Assembly (NCBI GenBank): GCA_030390025.1 | Contig: CM059433.1 | Location: 11,782,001-11,842,000, forward strand | Direction of reading: 5' to 3' | Length of the DNA stretch: 60,000 bases | DNA from: Squalus acanthias | Lineage: Eukaryota | Part shown: in pieces, positions 48,370-60,000 of the stretch | How the letters are laid out: every line of letters starts with the position of its first letter | Position numbering within the stretch: position 1 is the first letter of the stretch | Program-made: the position numbers and the translations under genes | Notes under the pieces: generated by a model | What the model saw: the letters and a program-made list of their open reading frames with translations, nothing else | What the model was told of the DNA's origin: nothing | The model's database searches: none

Positions 48370-50452
48370 AGGCATAAGAATAAAACAAAAAGGGTGACTC
48401 AACCGTGGCTAACAAGGGAAATTAGGGATAGCATAAGATCCAAGGAGAGGGCATATAAATTGGCCAGAAAAAGCGGTAACCCTGAGGATTGGGAGCAGTT
48501 TAGGATTCAACAAAGGAGGACAAAGGGATTAATTAAGAAGGGGAAAATAGAATATGAAAGTAAGCTTGCAGGGAACATAAAAACTGACTGTAAGAGCTTT
48601 TATAGATATGATGTGAAGAGAAAAAGATTAGTGAAATCAAGTGTAGGTCCCTTGCAGTCAGAAGCGGGGGAAGTTATAATGGGGAACAAAGAAATGGCAG
48701 ACCAATTAAATGCATATTTTGGTTCTGTCTTCACAAAGGAGGACACAAATAACCTCCCAGAGATGTTGGAGAACATAGGGTCTGATGAAAGGGAGGAACT
48801 GAAAGAAATCAGTATTTGCAGGGAAATGGTGTTAGGGAAATTGACGGGATTGAAGGCTGATAAATCCCCAGGGCCTGATAATCTACATCCTAGGGTACTT
48901 AAGGAAGTGGCCCTAGAAATAGTAGATGCATTGCTGATCATCTTCCAATATTCGATGGAATCTGGAACTGTACCCATGGATTGGAGGGTAGCTAATGTTA
49001 CCCCACTATTCAAAAAGGGTAGTAGAGAGAAAGCGGGGAATTACAGACCAGTAAGCCTGACATTGGTAGTGGGGAAAATGCTAGAGTCCATTATAAAGGA
49101 TGTAATAGCTGAGCACTTGAAAAACAGTGACAGGATCGGACAAAGTCAACATGGATTTACAAAAGGTAAATCGTGCTTGACTAATCTACTGGAATTTTTT
49201 GAGGATGTAACTGGGAAAATAGATAAGGGAGAACCAGTAGATGTGGTGTATTTGGACTTTCAAAAGGCTTTCGATAAGGTCCCGCATAAGAGATTAGCGT
49301 GTAAAGTTAAGGCACATGGGATTGGGGGCAAGGTATTGACTTGGATAGAGAACTGGTTGGCGGACAGAAAGCAGAGAGTAGGAATTAATGGGTCTTTTTC
49401 CGAGTGGCAGGAAGTGACTAGTGGGGTACCGCAGGGATCGGTCCTTGGACCCCAGCTATTCACAATATACATTAATGATCTAGATAAGGGAACTAAATGT
49501 AATATTTCCAAGTTTGCAGATGACACAAAGCTGGGTGGGCGTGTGTGCTGCGAGGAGGATACCGAGAAACTCCAAGATGATTTGGACAGGTTGGGTGAGT
49601 GGGCAGAAGCGTGGCAGATGCAATATAACGTGGATAAATGCGAGGTTATCCACTTTGGTGTCAAAAACAGAAAGGCAGACTATTATCTGAATGGCAATAG
49701 ATTGGGAGAAGGGGAAGTGCAACGAGACCTGGGTGTCCTTGTGCACCAGTCGCTGAAGGTAAGCATGCAGGTGCAGCAGGCGGTGAAGAAGACAAATGGT
49801 ATGTTGGCCTTCATAGCGAAAGGGTTTGAGTATAGGAACAGGGATGTCCTGCTGCAGTTGTACAGGGCCTTGGTGAGACCACATCTTGAGTACTGTGTGC
49901 AGTTTTGGTCGCCTTATCTGAGGAAGGATGTTCTTGCCATGGAAGGAGTTCAGCGAAGATTCACAAGGCTGATACCTGGGATGGCAGGAATGACATATGA
50001 GGAGAGATTGGGTCGATTGGGCTTATACTCGCTGGAGTATGGAAGAATGAGAGGGGATCTCATCGAAACATATAAAATTCTGACAGGTCTGGACAAACTA
50101 GATGCAGGAAGAATGTTCCCGATGGTCGGAGAGTCCAGAACCAGGGGTCATAATCTAAGGATAAGGGGTAAGCCATTTAGGACAGAAATGAGGAAGAATT
50201 TCTTCACCCAGAGAGTGGTGAACCTGTGGAATTCTCTACCACAGAACGAAGTTGAGGCCAAGTCATTAAATATATTCAAGAATGAGTTAGATATATTTCT
50301 TAAAGATAAAGGTATCAAGGGATATGGGGAGAAGGCAGGTACAGGGTACTGATTTTGGATGATCAGCCATGATCTCATCGAATGGCGGAGCAGGCTCGAG
50401 GGGCCGAATGGCCTACTCCTGCTCCTATCTTCTATGTTTCTATGTTTCTATG
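48370..50452 (+). mobile_element. Young 5'-truncated CR1 with uninterrupted RT part of ORF2 (stop at 50352)
   Basis: The 684-aa ORF has KSPGPD, NYRPVSLT, YLDFQKAFDKVPH, GVPQGSVLGP and KFADDTK. No endonuclease domain. (TTTCTATG)n tail. The first ~24 codons of the ORF are flank. Confidence 0.95.
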
Positions 50453-50700
50453 AAGCAAATAAAAGTACACAAGTTGTTGAATACAACAAGTGTCCGTTGG
50501 GGACGCAATCGGCGATCCGGGCGTAAATTGCGCTGGTTTTGTGAATCGAAATTTTTGCTCAAGTTTCCGCTCAAATTCATTTGCATATCGCCGAATGTAA
50601 AATCTTCTATGGCCCAGCGCAATCGGGCAGCGTTTTGAGTGTAATTTGAAAAAAAATATTTTTGCATTAAAAAAAATTCTTCGATATATTTAAAAGTGGT

Positions 50701-51100
50701 AACAACAACAACAACTTGTATTTATACAACACCTTTAACGTAGTAAAACGTCCCAAGGCGCTGCATAGGAGTATTATAAGACAAAATATTTGACACCGAG
50801 GCCACATAAGGAGAAATTAGGGCAGGTGACCAAAAGCTTGGTCAATGAGGTAGAGTTTAAGGAGCGTCTTAAAGGAGGAAAGAGAGATAGCGAGGCGGAG
50901 AGGTTTAGGCAGGGAATTCCAGAGCTTAGGGCCCAGGCAGCTGAAGGCACGGCCACCAATGGTTGAGCGATTATAATCAGGGATGCTCTAGAGGGCCAAA
51001 TTAGAGGAGCGCAAATATCTCGGAGGGTTGTGGGGCTGAAGGAGATTACAGAGATAGGGAGGGGGCGAAGTCATGGAGGGATTTGAAAACAAGGATGAGA
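50701..51100 (-). mobile_element. L2-type LINE 3' fragment
   Basis: Same family as 24517-25008; (GTT)n tail. Confidence 0.85.
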
Positions 51101-51339
51101 ATACGGTAGAGAACTGCTGACAGCCAAAAAAGCTAGACTTCAACAATAACTGGAACAACCACCATCACTTTGCTGTAAGAAGCAGTCCAAAGTAATCCAG
51201 GCCAATTTAGCTGAGATGTGCCCATTTTATACGGGTGAAGTGCATGCTGGGGGCAAAGCCTTGCCCAAAGTTGTGAAGTTTAGCTTGGGACCTCATTTTC
51301 CTAAACACACCATTTAAATGGAGCTTCCACATGCCTGTA

Positions 51340-51682
51340 GCCTGTTGGAGCTGCACTCATCCAGGCAAGTGGAGGGTATTCCATCACACTCCTGACTTGT
51401 GCCTTGTAGATGGTGGAAAGGCTTTGGGGAGTCAGGAGGTGAGACACGCGCCGCAGAATACCCAGCCTCTGACCTGCTCTTGTTGCCACGGTATTTATGT
51501 GGCTGGTCCAGTTAAGTTTCTGGTCATTGGTGACCCCCCCCCCTCCCCCGGATGTTGATGGTGGGGGATTCGGCGATGGTAATGCCGATGAATGTTAAGG
51601 GGCGGTGGTTAGACCCTCGCTTGTTGGAGATAGTCATTGCCTGGCACTTGTGTGGCACTTGTGTGGCGTGAATGTTACTTGG
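51340..51682 (-). mobile_element. Non-LTR retrotransposon RT C-terminal fragment
   Basis: AGQRLGILRRVSHLLTPQSLSTIYKAQVRSVMEY.PLAWMSAAPT. Clade not assigned. Confidence 0.75.
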
Positions 51683-52375
51683 GCAACCGATCCAATAACA
51701 CCCATTTTACACCCTTGTGCCTGATGTTTTTGTGAATACTGCACACATTTAGAAATGAAGTGTAGCTGCTTGCATACTGACTCCAGATTGTAATACCATA
51801 AGATATGGTGTGTCTTGTGCATTATAAGATACACAGGGCACTGGAGATTTAATCATATGATATAGCAATTAATGTCTAACGTATCTATGATGAAATAGAT
51901 TTCACAATTAATTTGGTTTACACCGAGGGGAAATATATCCATCTATTTTTTTTAAATCAGTCAAGCAAAACAAAAGAAACTGCAGGCAGAACACGAATTA
52001 AAATAAATTGGATCCATTAAGCAGCTTTATAAACAGGAAATCACTTGTTTCAGTAAAACACAGCTGCCGTTTTTCTTTGATGTTGCACCATTAAAATATT
52101 TATGAATTCACACCGCTGAGTATTGACAACAGTGTTGTATTTCCAGGTCTAAGATGCCCCACACCACGTCTGTCGTCTCTGCTTTTGATCAAAGGGTGAA
52201 TCTAAAAAAGAAAGCAAGAGTTTTCTCTCAGAGTTGTATTCCAACACTCAGTGTGTGTCGATCCTATAAGCTGAGAGAAAACCTTCCTATGCTTAGATTA
52301 CCAGTGCCTCACCAAGAGCCCTTTACTTTGGTATACAAAAGGGTAAATATTCCAACAAAAAAAAGGTGTACTGAC

Positions 52376-52452
52376 TTGATGGTGCATGGTTCATAGTTGT
52401 ACTTTCTCCAACGTGCAGAAACAATAATTCGGCTGTGAACAACTGGTCGAAT
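52376..52452 (-). CDS. DCDC2C: Coding exon (77 nt) of a DCDC2-family doublecortin-domain gene; linker before the second DCX domain
   Basis: Minus strand reads ttttttccag|ATTCGACCAGTT...ACCATCAA|gtcagt and translates IRPVVHSRIIVSARWRKYNYEPCTI(N), resembling the DCDC2-family linker. Phase 0 to 2, in frame with the next exon. The paralogue call (DCDC2C vs DCDC2/DCDC2B) is from recalled similarity and is less certain than the family call. Confidence 0.85.
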
Positions 52453-52852
52453 CTGGAAAAAACAGCACAAGGTTAACGAGCTTTATAGTGTCCTACTAGA
52501 GCAAACTGTATTAATACGTCAACTGGTGTAAAGCTCCAGCAGTCGATCTGATTTCTTTCAAATTTATTCCAAGAGCCCCCCAAGCACTACAGATACAAGA
52601 ATATTATAAATTGGTCCCAGTAAAAGAGAATGTCTTCATTGTCATCCCAAAACTCTCTCCCTGTCACACAGAAAAGACTACACAATATCCAGTAAACCTT
52701 TGGTCTTGTTTTAAAAAAAAAAAGTCCTCTTATCTTGTGATGCAATGCTCGTGTCAAAGTCAGCAGTAGTCATGTTGTTGCAAAATGGAGGCAGCTGATG
52801 TCCCGATGTGCAGGCATCAAGGAATCTTTCTGGAGGTAAGTTCATTTGCCAC

Positions 52853-53375
52853 CCAAGTCAGGAGTGTGATGGAATACTCTCCACTTGCCTGGATGAGTGC
52901 AGCTCCAACAACACTCAAGAAGCTCAACACCATCCAGGACAAAGCAGCCTGCTTGATTGGCACCCCATCCACCACCTTAAACATTTACTCCCTCCACCAC
53001 TGGCATACCGTGGCTGCAGTGTGTACCATCTACAAGATGCACTGCAGCAACTCGCCAAGGCTTCTTCGGCAGCACCTCCCAAACCCGCGACCTCTTCCAC
53101 CTAGAAGGACAAGGGCAGCAGGTGCATGTGAACACCACCACCTCCAAGTTCCCCTCCAAGTCACACATCATCCTGTCTTAGAAGTATATCAGCCGATCCT
53201 TCATCGTCGCTGGGTCAAAATCCTGGAACTCCTTCCCAAACAGCACTGTGGGAGCACCTTCACCACACGAACTGCAGCGGTTCAAGAAGGCGGCTCACCA
53301 CCACCTTCTCGAGGGCAATTAGGGATGAGCAATAAATACTGGCCTTGCCAGCGACGCCCACATCCCATAAACAAA
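52853..53375 (+). mobile_element. 3' end of the same non-LTR family as 51340-51682
   Basis: QVRSVMEYSPLAWMSAAPTTLKKLNTIQDKAA... with AATAAA near the end. Confidence 0.8.
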
Positions 53376-53989
53376 TTTTTTTAAAGTGTTAATACTGTAA
53401 ATTTTGATATGGACCATCTTATCTCACTACTGCTTTTTGATGGTAAATCAGAAGGTTTTACAGCCAAGGGCACTAGAGCAGTATTTTGAACGTTGATACC
53501 ATCCTTCAAATTAGGCCCAATTTGAAATCTGACAGGTTTGTTCCCCTCAATGATTTGAAAATGAACGGTCAGAGATTTGACGAGAGGTACTGTAGAATTT
53601 GCTACAGCAACATAAAACAAAACACACAAATAGAGAGTCATGCAAGCATGTGAGACATGACATTGATGCAGCAGATCCATCTTCAATACGTCTGGGGTAG
53701 TCTACAAGGTCACAAGCTGCTTGCCATAATTTATAAAAAGCTCCAGAAATGGCAAACAGGATGTCATGGGAAGGTGTTAACACTAATGTAAGAAAGACGA
53801 ATGAACTAAACATTCTTGCTGGTCTTAAAATTAGCTCAGCTATCTCAATATTACCAGGACATAAACAGAAATGCATCTTAGTATTGTATCCGCCATCTGG
53901 ATTCATGCTTGCGCCAAAACTAATTCTATTGGAAGTGGCGGTCAGTTACGTTTTTCTTCTGGTCTGCTTAATAAGTATTATGATTGCTT

Positions 53990-54300
53990 AAATAACAACA
54001 GAAAGTGCTGGAAACACTCAGCAGGTCAGGCAGCATCGAGGAGAGAAGAGAAACAGAGTCAACGTTTCGGGTCGAACCCTTCGTCAGAGCTGGAAAAGGT
54101 TGGGGAGGAGAGATTTTTAAGCAGGGGCAGGGAGGAGGGGAGGAAAGAACAAAGGGAAGGTCTGTGATGGGATGGAAGGCAGGAGAGATTGACTGACGAA
54201 AGGGATGAGAGTGCAAGGTAATGGGACAAGTTAAGAAACAAAAGATGGCTCTAGACGATGTGTGAATGATAATGGCAGCAACATTAACAGCTACCATGTG
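53990..54300 (-). mobile_element. Penelope pLTR with a hammerhead motif at 54056-54091
   Basis: CUGACGA-A-GGGU-UCG-ACCC-GAA-ACGU-U. Similar to 42930-43210; stem I is partly mismatched. Confidence 0.75.
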
Positions 54301-55050
54301 AGGAAACAAGAGGAAAAAAAAATGAACGGCCAGTGATTGCTTGCCTGGTACAAAATCGAGGTTGGAAAATATCATGCCATTTATAACAGGTTATCCACCG
54401 GCTTGAATGCTAACAGCCTAGTACAAGGCTTGGAATCAGTTCCTACGGGTTTCATCTTTGGCACAAAGCTGCCTGGGAGATTCCAGAACATTCTGACAGC
54501 CTTTGCGGGCAGGAGCCGCACAGTTGGCCGAGACAGATCCTTCAGCTTACAATCGACGTATGCCTGACTGATTGATTGCATTCCTAGCAAAAAAGGTTCT
54601 TATTCTGAGATTGACCCATTTTCCAAATCTGAACTGCAATTCACACTTTCCAAAAGTGTGCTGCTCACCAAGATGGCGTGTAACTCTCGGCCTCATGAGA
54701 CCTGTCAGCAACAGCTAAGAAATCAAGAGAAACTATATACTGTACTGTAATGTGGGAAGAGTTTCATAGTGTTAAGAAACAACAGCAAATCCACACCTTA
54801 GGGTTACTAATTCTGTCAATTAATCATATCTGCTTAATTACCTTGCATGCTCATTAATATTAGTATTACGGTGATGTTAATCGACTTATCATAAATGCGT
54901 TAATAAAGAAATGTTATTTTATGATCTTGTTGTCTGACTTCCCCTTTGACGATTCAACAAGAGGGGATTAACTCATTCACTCAGCAGCATACCACACGTC
55001 CTAAAAAAGAAAGCTGGTTTGTGTAACTGTTGAAGTAAGTTGCACTGGTT

Positions 55051-55676
55051 AAAGAAAGAAAAGAAAGCACTTGCATTTATATAGCGCCTTTCACAATCTC
55101 AGGGTGTTCCAAAATGCTTTCAAGCCAATGAAGTACATTTTGAAGTGGAGTCACTGTTGTAATGTAGGAAACGCGGCAGCCAATTTACACACAGCAAGCT
55201 CCCACAAACAGCAACAACAACAACTTGTATTTATATAGCGCCTTTCGCATAGTAAAACGTCCCAAGGTGCTTCACAGGAGTATTAAAAGACAAAAAAATT
55301 TGACACCGATCCACATAAGGATAAATTAGGGCAGGTGACCAAAAGCTTGGTCAAAGAGGTAGGTTTTAAGGAGCATCTTAAAGGAGGAAAGAGAGGTAGC
55401 GAGGCAGAGGGGTTTAGGCAGGGAATTTCAGAGCTCAGGGCCTAGGCAACAGAAGGCACGGCCACCAAAGGTTGAGCGATTATACTCAGGGATGCTCAAG
55501 AGGGCAGAATTATGAGATAATGACCAGGTATTATGTTTCAGTGATCTTGGTTGAGGGAGAAATGTTGGCCAGGACACCGGGGAGAACGCCCCTGCTCTTC
55601 TTCAAAATAGTGCCGTGGGATCTTTTACATCCACCTGAGAGGGCAGACGGGGCCTCGGCTTAACGTCTTATCCGAC
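55051..55676 (-). mobile_element. Deu-domain SINE (3' part) with a nested L2 3' end at about 55210-55512
   Basis: SINE sequence ...AAACAGCAA|TGAGATAATGACCAG is split by a segment matching 50701-51005. Confidence 0.8.
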
Positions 55677-56124
55677 CTTTCAAGCAAACTTCTTCTTACA
55701 ATGGTTTTACCTTAGCAAATAAATATGGGGTTGTTCCCACTTGTAATAAGTTCTGGAATATGCCAGGAGAGGGAAAGCATGTTTTATGGCAGCAGACCTT
55801 AATTTGCTAGTAGATGAAGTTTAAAAATTACAGGAAAAAATGTTTAGGTCCAGGAATGTAGCTCTATATCTCACCAACATTTCAGTGCGTGGGCAGAAAC
55901 CATCAAAATTAATAATGTCATCTAAAATATTAAACAAGAGATGTGTCATGTACTGAGTTCGTTAGCATTCCAATACAAACTGGTTGGACAGGCTTTTCCA
56001 AAAAGAAAATATTACACAGCAGTACAGAGGCTTCACAATCTTGAGTTGTTCTCAGTATATTCTAGGATAGTCCTGGAGCGATTGTTCACTCGCTGCTTTG
56101 TTCATTATTCCTTTCTTACAGTGG

Positions 56125-56616
56125 ATCTAAAATCCTGGGATGGCAGGACTGTCGTATGAGGAGAGATTGGGTCGACTAGGCCTGTATTCACTAGAGTTTA
56201 GAAGAATGAGAGGGGAGCTCATTGAAATGTATAAAATTCTGACAAGGCTAGACAGACTGGATGCAGGGAGGATGTTTCCCCTGGCTGGGGCGGTGGGGGG
56301 GGGGGTCTAGAACGAGGGGTCACAGTCTCAGGATACGGGGAAGGACATTTGGACTGAGATGAGGAGAAATTTCTTCACTCAGAGGGTGGTGAACCTGTGG
56401 AATTCTCTACCACAGAAGGCTGTGGAGGCCAAGTCACTGAATATATTTAAGACAGAGATCGATAGATTTCTCGACACAAAAGGCATCAAGGGGTATGGGG
56501 AGAGAGCGGGAATATGGGATTGAGATAGAGGATCAGCCATGATCATATTGAATGGCGGAGCAGGCTCGAAGGGCCGAAAGGCCTACTCCTGCTCCTATTT
56601 TTCTATGTTTCTATGT
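56125..56616 (+). mobile_element. CR1 3' fragment
   Basis: YEERLGRLGLYSLEFRRMRG... and (TTTCTATG)n tail. Confidence 0.9.
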
Positions 56617-57419
56617 TTTTAATTAGGTGCCTGGAGTTGGTAAAATTAGCACAAACCTTCTGAAAGATGGTGATTTGGATGTTAATAGGAACTCAACCCA
56701 CCAACCTTAAATAGTGGACTTACTGGCGTGTGAATTAGGTAGGGTTAGTCAATCAGCTGATGTCGTAAAACTAATACCTCCAACAACTTTAAGTGATGAT
56801 AAAGTTTTGCTATGTATTCTCTAAAGGGGAGTAGCATTCATCTAAATTGATATACAACAGCAAGCTCTTATATGATTGTTATACGTGAGGGAAAGAGGAA
56901 TGGAAGTGAGGCATATTAAGCAATGTCACCTCAGTCATACCATCCAGGATATAGTTCCTAGAGGCTATTATCCAGGCATATACACACTGCATTATATTTT
57001 GCAATACATTGCCAGCATGTGCTTAGTAGGGCTCTGAATTTTACAGCAAATTGGAATACCCTGTGAGTGTGGCCACTTTCACCGAGACACACAAGCTTAT
57101 TCTAGTTGCCAGCACATTTCTAGCTGCCTGAGGAGAAGAGAAGTGGGACTCAGATCTGTAAGTACATTAGATGGCACTGATATGTGTCATGACATTGGGA
57201 CATCATGATTTCCATTGACTTCTGGTGAGCCACATCAGCTACAACTGGTACACCGAAGCAGGCTTATCCCTACTACATATAGCATTACCCTACCTACCTG
57301 GATGTGTCTAGCTAGAGGAGCATCGTCCAAATTTATTCTATACTAAAATTATGGAGTGCAGTTCAGCTACCCTATAACAGGATTTTCATGAAATATCTCC
57401 TGCTACAGGGGTAAACCAC

Positions 57420-60000
57420 ACACCTGTGCAAAGATGGAACTGAGGTTCTCGGGGTAAATTTTGATAAAGCAGTTCGGGAGCATTTAAACTAGTATGGCAG
57501 GGGGCTAGAAACCCATGTAGTGAAATAGAGGAAAGTGAAAGGCAGACAGAAATAAATGGTAAAAAGGAGAGGAACAAAAAACAAAGGGCCAAACTAATTC
57601 ATAAAAAATGTGAGCATAAAAAAAGCCTGAGGGTTTTATACCTTAATGCGAGAAGCATCAGGAACAAGGTAGATGAATTAGCTGTGGAAATAGAGGTTAA
57701 TAATTATGATCTAATTGGGATTACGGAAACATGGTTGCAGGGTGAGCAGGGCTGGGAGCTTAACATACAGGGGTATTCAGTATTTAGGAAGGATCGACAA
57801 AAAAGAAAGGGAGGAGGGGTAGCATTGCTGGTAAAAGAGGGGATAAATGCAATTGAAAGGAAGGATATTAACTCAGTTAATACAGAATCTATATGGGTGG
57901 AGCTAAGAAATAGCGAGGGGCGAAAAACATTAATAGGAGTGGTATATAGGCCTCCAAATAGTAAAATAGAGGTTGGGGAGGGCATCACGAGGGAAATTAG
58001 AGAAGCGTGCAATAAGAGCACAGCTGTCATCATAGGTGACTTTAACTTACATATAGATTGGACTAGCCTAATCAGTAAAAATAATGAGGAGGAGGAATTC
58101 CTTGAGTGTTTAAGGGATGGTTATCTGGATCAATATGTCGAGGAACCAACTCGGGAACAGGCTATATTGGACTGGGTACTGTGCAATGAGAAGGGACTAA
58201 TTAGTAATCTTGTTGTACGGGGACCCTTGGGTCAGAGCGATCATAACATGATCGATTTCTCACTCGAAATGGAGAGCGAAGAAATTGACTCAGAGACTCA
58301 GGTCCTGAATTTAAACAAGGGGAATTATGATGCCATTAGACGGGAACTGAGTAGGTCTGATTGGACAACGTTCCTGGGAGGACTGGAGGTAGATAAACAA
58401 TGGCAAGCATTTAAAGATAGAATGACAAAATTGCAAAAATTGTTTATACCAATCTGGCATAAAAGGAAATCTAAAAAGGTGACTCAACCGTGGATAACAG
58501 GGGAAATTAGAGACAGCATAAAATCCAAAGATAGGGCGTATAAAATAGCCAAAAAACGCGCCAGAGCGGAAGATTGGGAACAGTTTAAGATAGAGCAAAG
58601 GAGGGCAAAGGGCTTAATCAAGAAGGGCAAAATAGCTTACGAAAGCAAGCTGGCGGAAAATATAAAAACTAACTCCAAAAGCTTTTATAAGTATATCAAG
58701 AGGAAAAGACTGGTGAAAACCAAAGTTGGTCCATTGCAGTCAGATACGGGGGAATATATAATGGGAAATAAGGAAATGGCAGACCAACTAAATGCATACT
58801 TTGGGTCAGTCTTTACGAAGGAAGACACAAAAAACCTCCCTGGGATATCGGGAAAAATAGGGACATTGGCAAAGGAGGAACTGACGCAAATCAATATCTC
58901 TAAGGATATGGTGTTAAGGAAGCTAAAGGGATTGAAGGCGGACAAATCCCCAGGGCCTGATAACATGCATCCTAGGGTACTGAAGGAGGTGGCCCTAGAG
59001 ATAGCGGATGCACTAAGCATGATTTTTCAGAATTCATTAGACTCGGGAACAGTGCCCATGGATTGGAGGGTAGCTAACGTTACCCCACTATTCAAAAAGG
59101 GGGGTAGGGAAAAAGCAGGTAATTACAGACCTGTAAGCCTTACATCAGTTGTGGGCAAAATGCTGGAGTCCATCATTAAGGATGAAATAGCCGAGCACTT
59201 AGCAAATGGGGACAGGATAGGACAGAGTCAACATGGATTTACAAAGGGTAAATCGTGCTTGACTAATCTATTGGAATTTTTTGAGGGAGTAACTGGTAAA
59301 ATAGATGGGGGAGAGCCAGTAGATGTGGTGTACCTGGACTTCCAAAAGGCCTTCGATAAGGTCCCACATAAAAGATTAGCATGGAAAATTGAAGCTCATG
59401 GGATAAAGGGGAAAGTATTGACGTGGATAGAGAACTGGCTGTCAGATAGAAAACAGAGAGTTGGAATAAACGGCTCATTTTCTGAATGGCAGGCAGTAAC
59501 AAGTGGGGTACCACAGGGATCTGTCCTGGGTCCCCAGCTGTTCACAATTTATATTAATGACCTGGATCAGGGAGTCGAATGCAGCATTTCCAAATTTGCA
59601 GACGACACTAAACTAGGAGGGGGGGTGGGCTCAGAGGAGGAGACCAGGAAGCTCCAGAGCGATTTGGACAGACTGGGTGATTGGGCGGATAAATGGCAGA
59701 TGCACTATAATGTGGACAAGTGCGAAGTTATCCACCTTGGGTGCAGGAACGGGAGGGCAAATTATTATTTAAATGGCAATAAATTGGGAGAGGGGGAAGT
59801 ACAGAGAGACCTGGGTGTTCTTGTACACCAGTCACTGAAGGCGAGCATGCAGGTGCAACAGGCGGTCAAGAAGGCAAACGGTATGCTGGCCTTCATAGCA
59901 AAAGGGTTGGAATACAGGAACAGGGATACCTTGCTGCAGCTGTACAGGGCACTGGTGAGACCACACCTCGAGTACTGTGTACAGTTTTGGTCGCCTCATC
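57420..60000 (+). mobile_element. Young CR1: end of ORF1, then an open ORF2 (APE endonuclease plus RT) running off the window
   Basis: ORF1 end ...HLCKDGTEVLGVNFDKAVREHLN* (stop at about 57490). Manual translation from 57627 to 59999 shows no stop: YLNARSIRNK, ITETW, GGGVALLV, GVVYRPP, IGDFN, LDWVL, SDHN, then a full RT (YLDFQKAFDKVPH, KFADDTK). It is missing from the ORF track because there is no stop in the window. Confidence 0.93.

Noticed and set aside
48298..50352. 684-aa ORF as a host gene
   Set aside because: It is CR1 ORF2 (RT) with a LINE tail; the apparent N-terminus comes from flanking DNA.
53381..53686. Minus-strand ORF with an acceptor-like site as the upstream DCDC2 exon
   Set aside because: No resemblance to the short exon expected after the first DCX domain, and the donor is weak. 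Upstream exons probably lie beyond 60000.

Overview
Eukaryotic, repeat-rich vertebrate DNA. The repeat set (CR1, L2, Deu-domain SINEs, LF-SINE-like copies, Penelope, GC-rich Harbinger elements) suggests a cartilaginous fish; this is an inference. The only host gene I can support is a doublecortin-domain gene of the DCDC2 family, most like DCDC2C, on the minus strand. Three coding exons are visible (52376-52452, 37097-37228, 28951-29097; 77, 132 and 147 nt), all with GT-AG sites and in frame with each other. They are too short to appear in the ORF track. The rest is intronic and full of transposable elements: many CR1 fragments including two young copies with open ORF2, Penelope elements with minimal hammerhead ribozyme motifs, three solo LTRs with 5-bp TSDs, and a 3.4-kb two-part 26-bp minisatellite. 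The most notable pattern is a family of non-autonomous PIF/Harbinger elements. Several have inserted independently at the same TAT inside the (TATGA[C/T]TC)n 3' tail of CR1 LINEs, and they appear to be deletion derivatives joining the 5' ends of the two Harbinger genes. No CRISPR, rRNA or bona fide tRNA gene was found.
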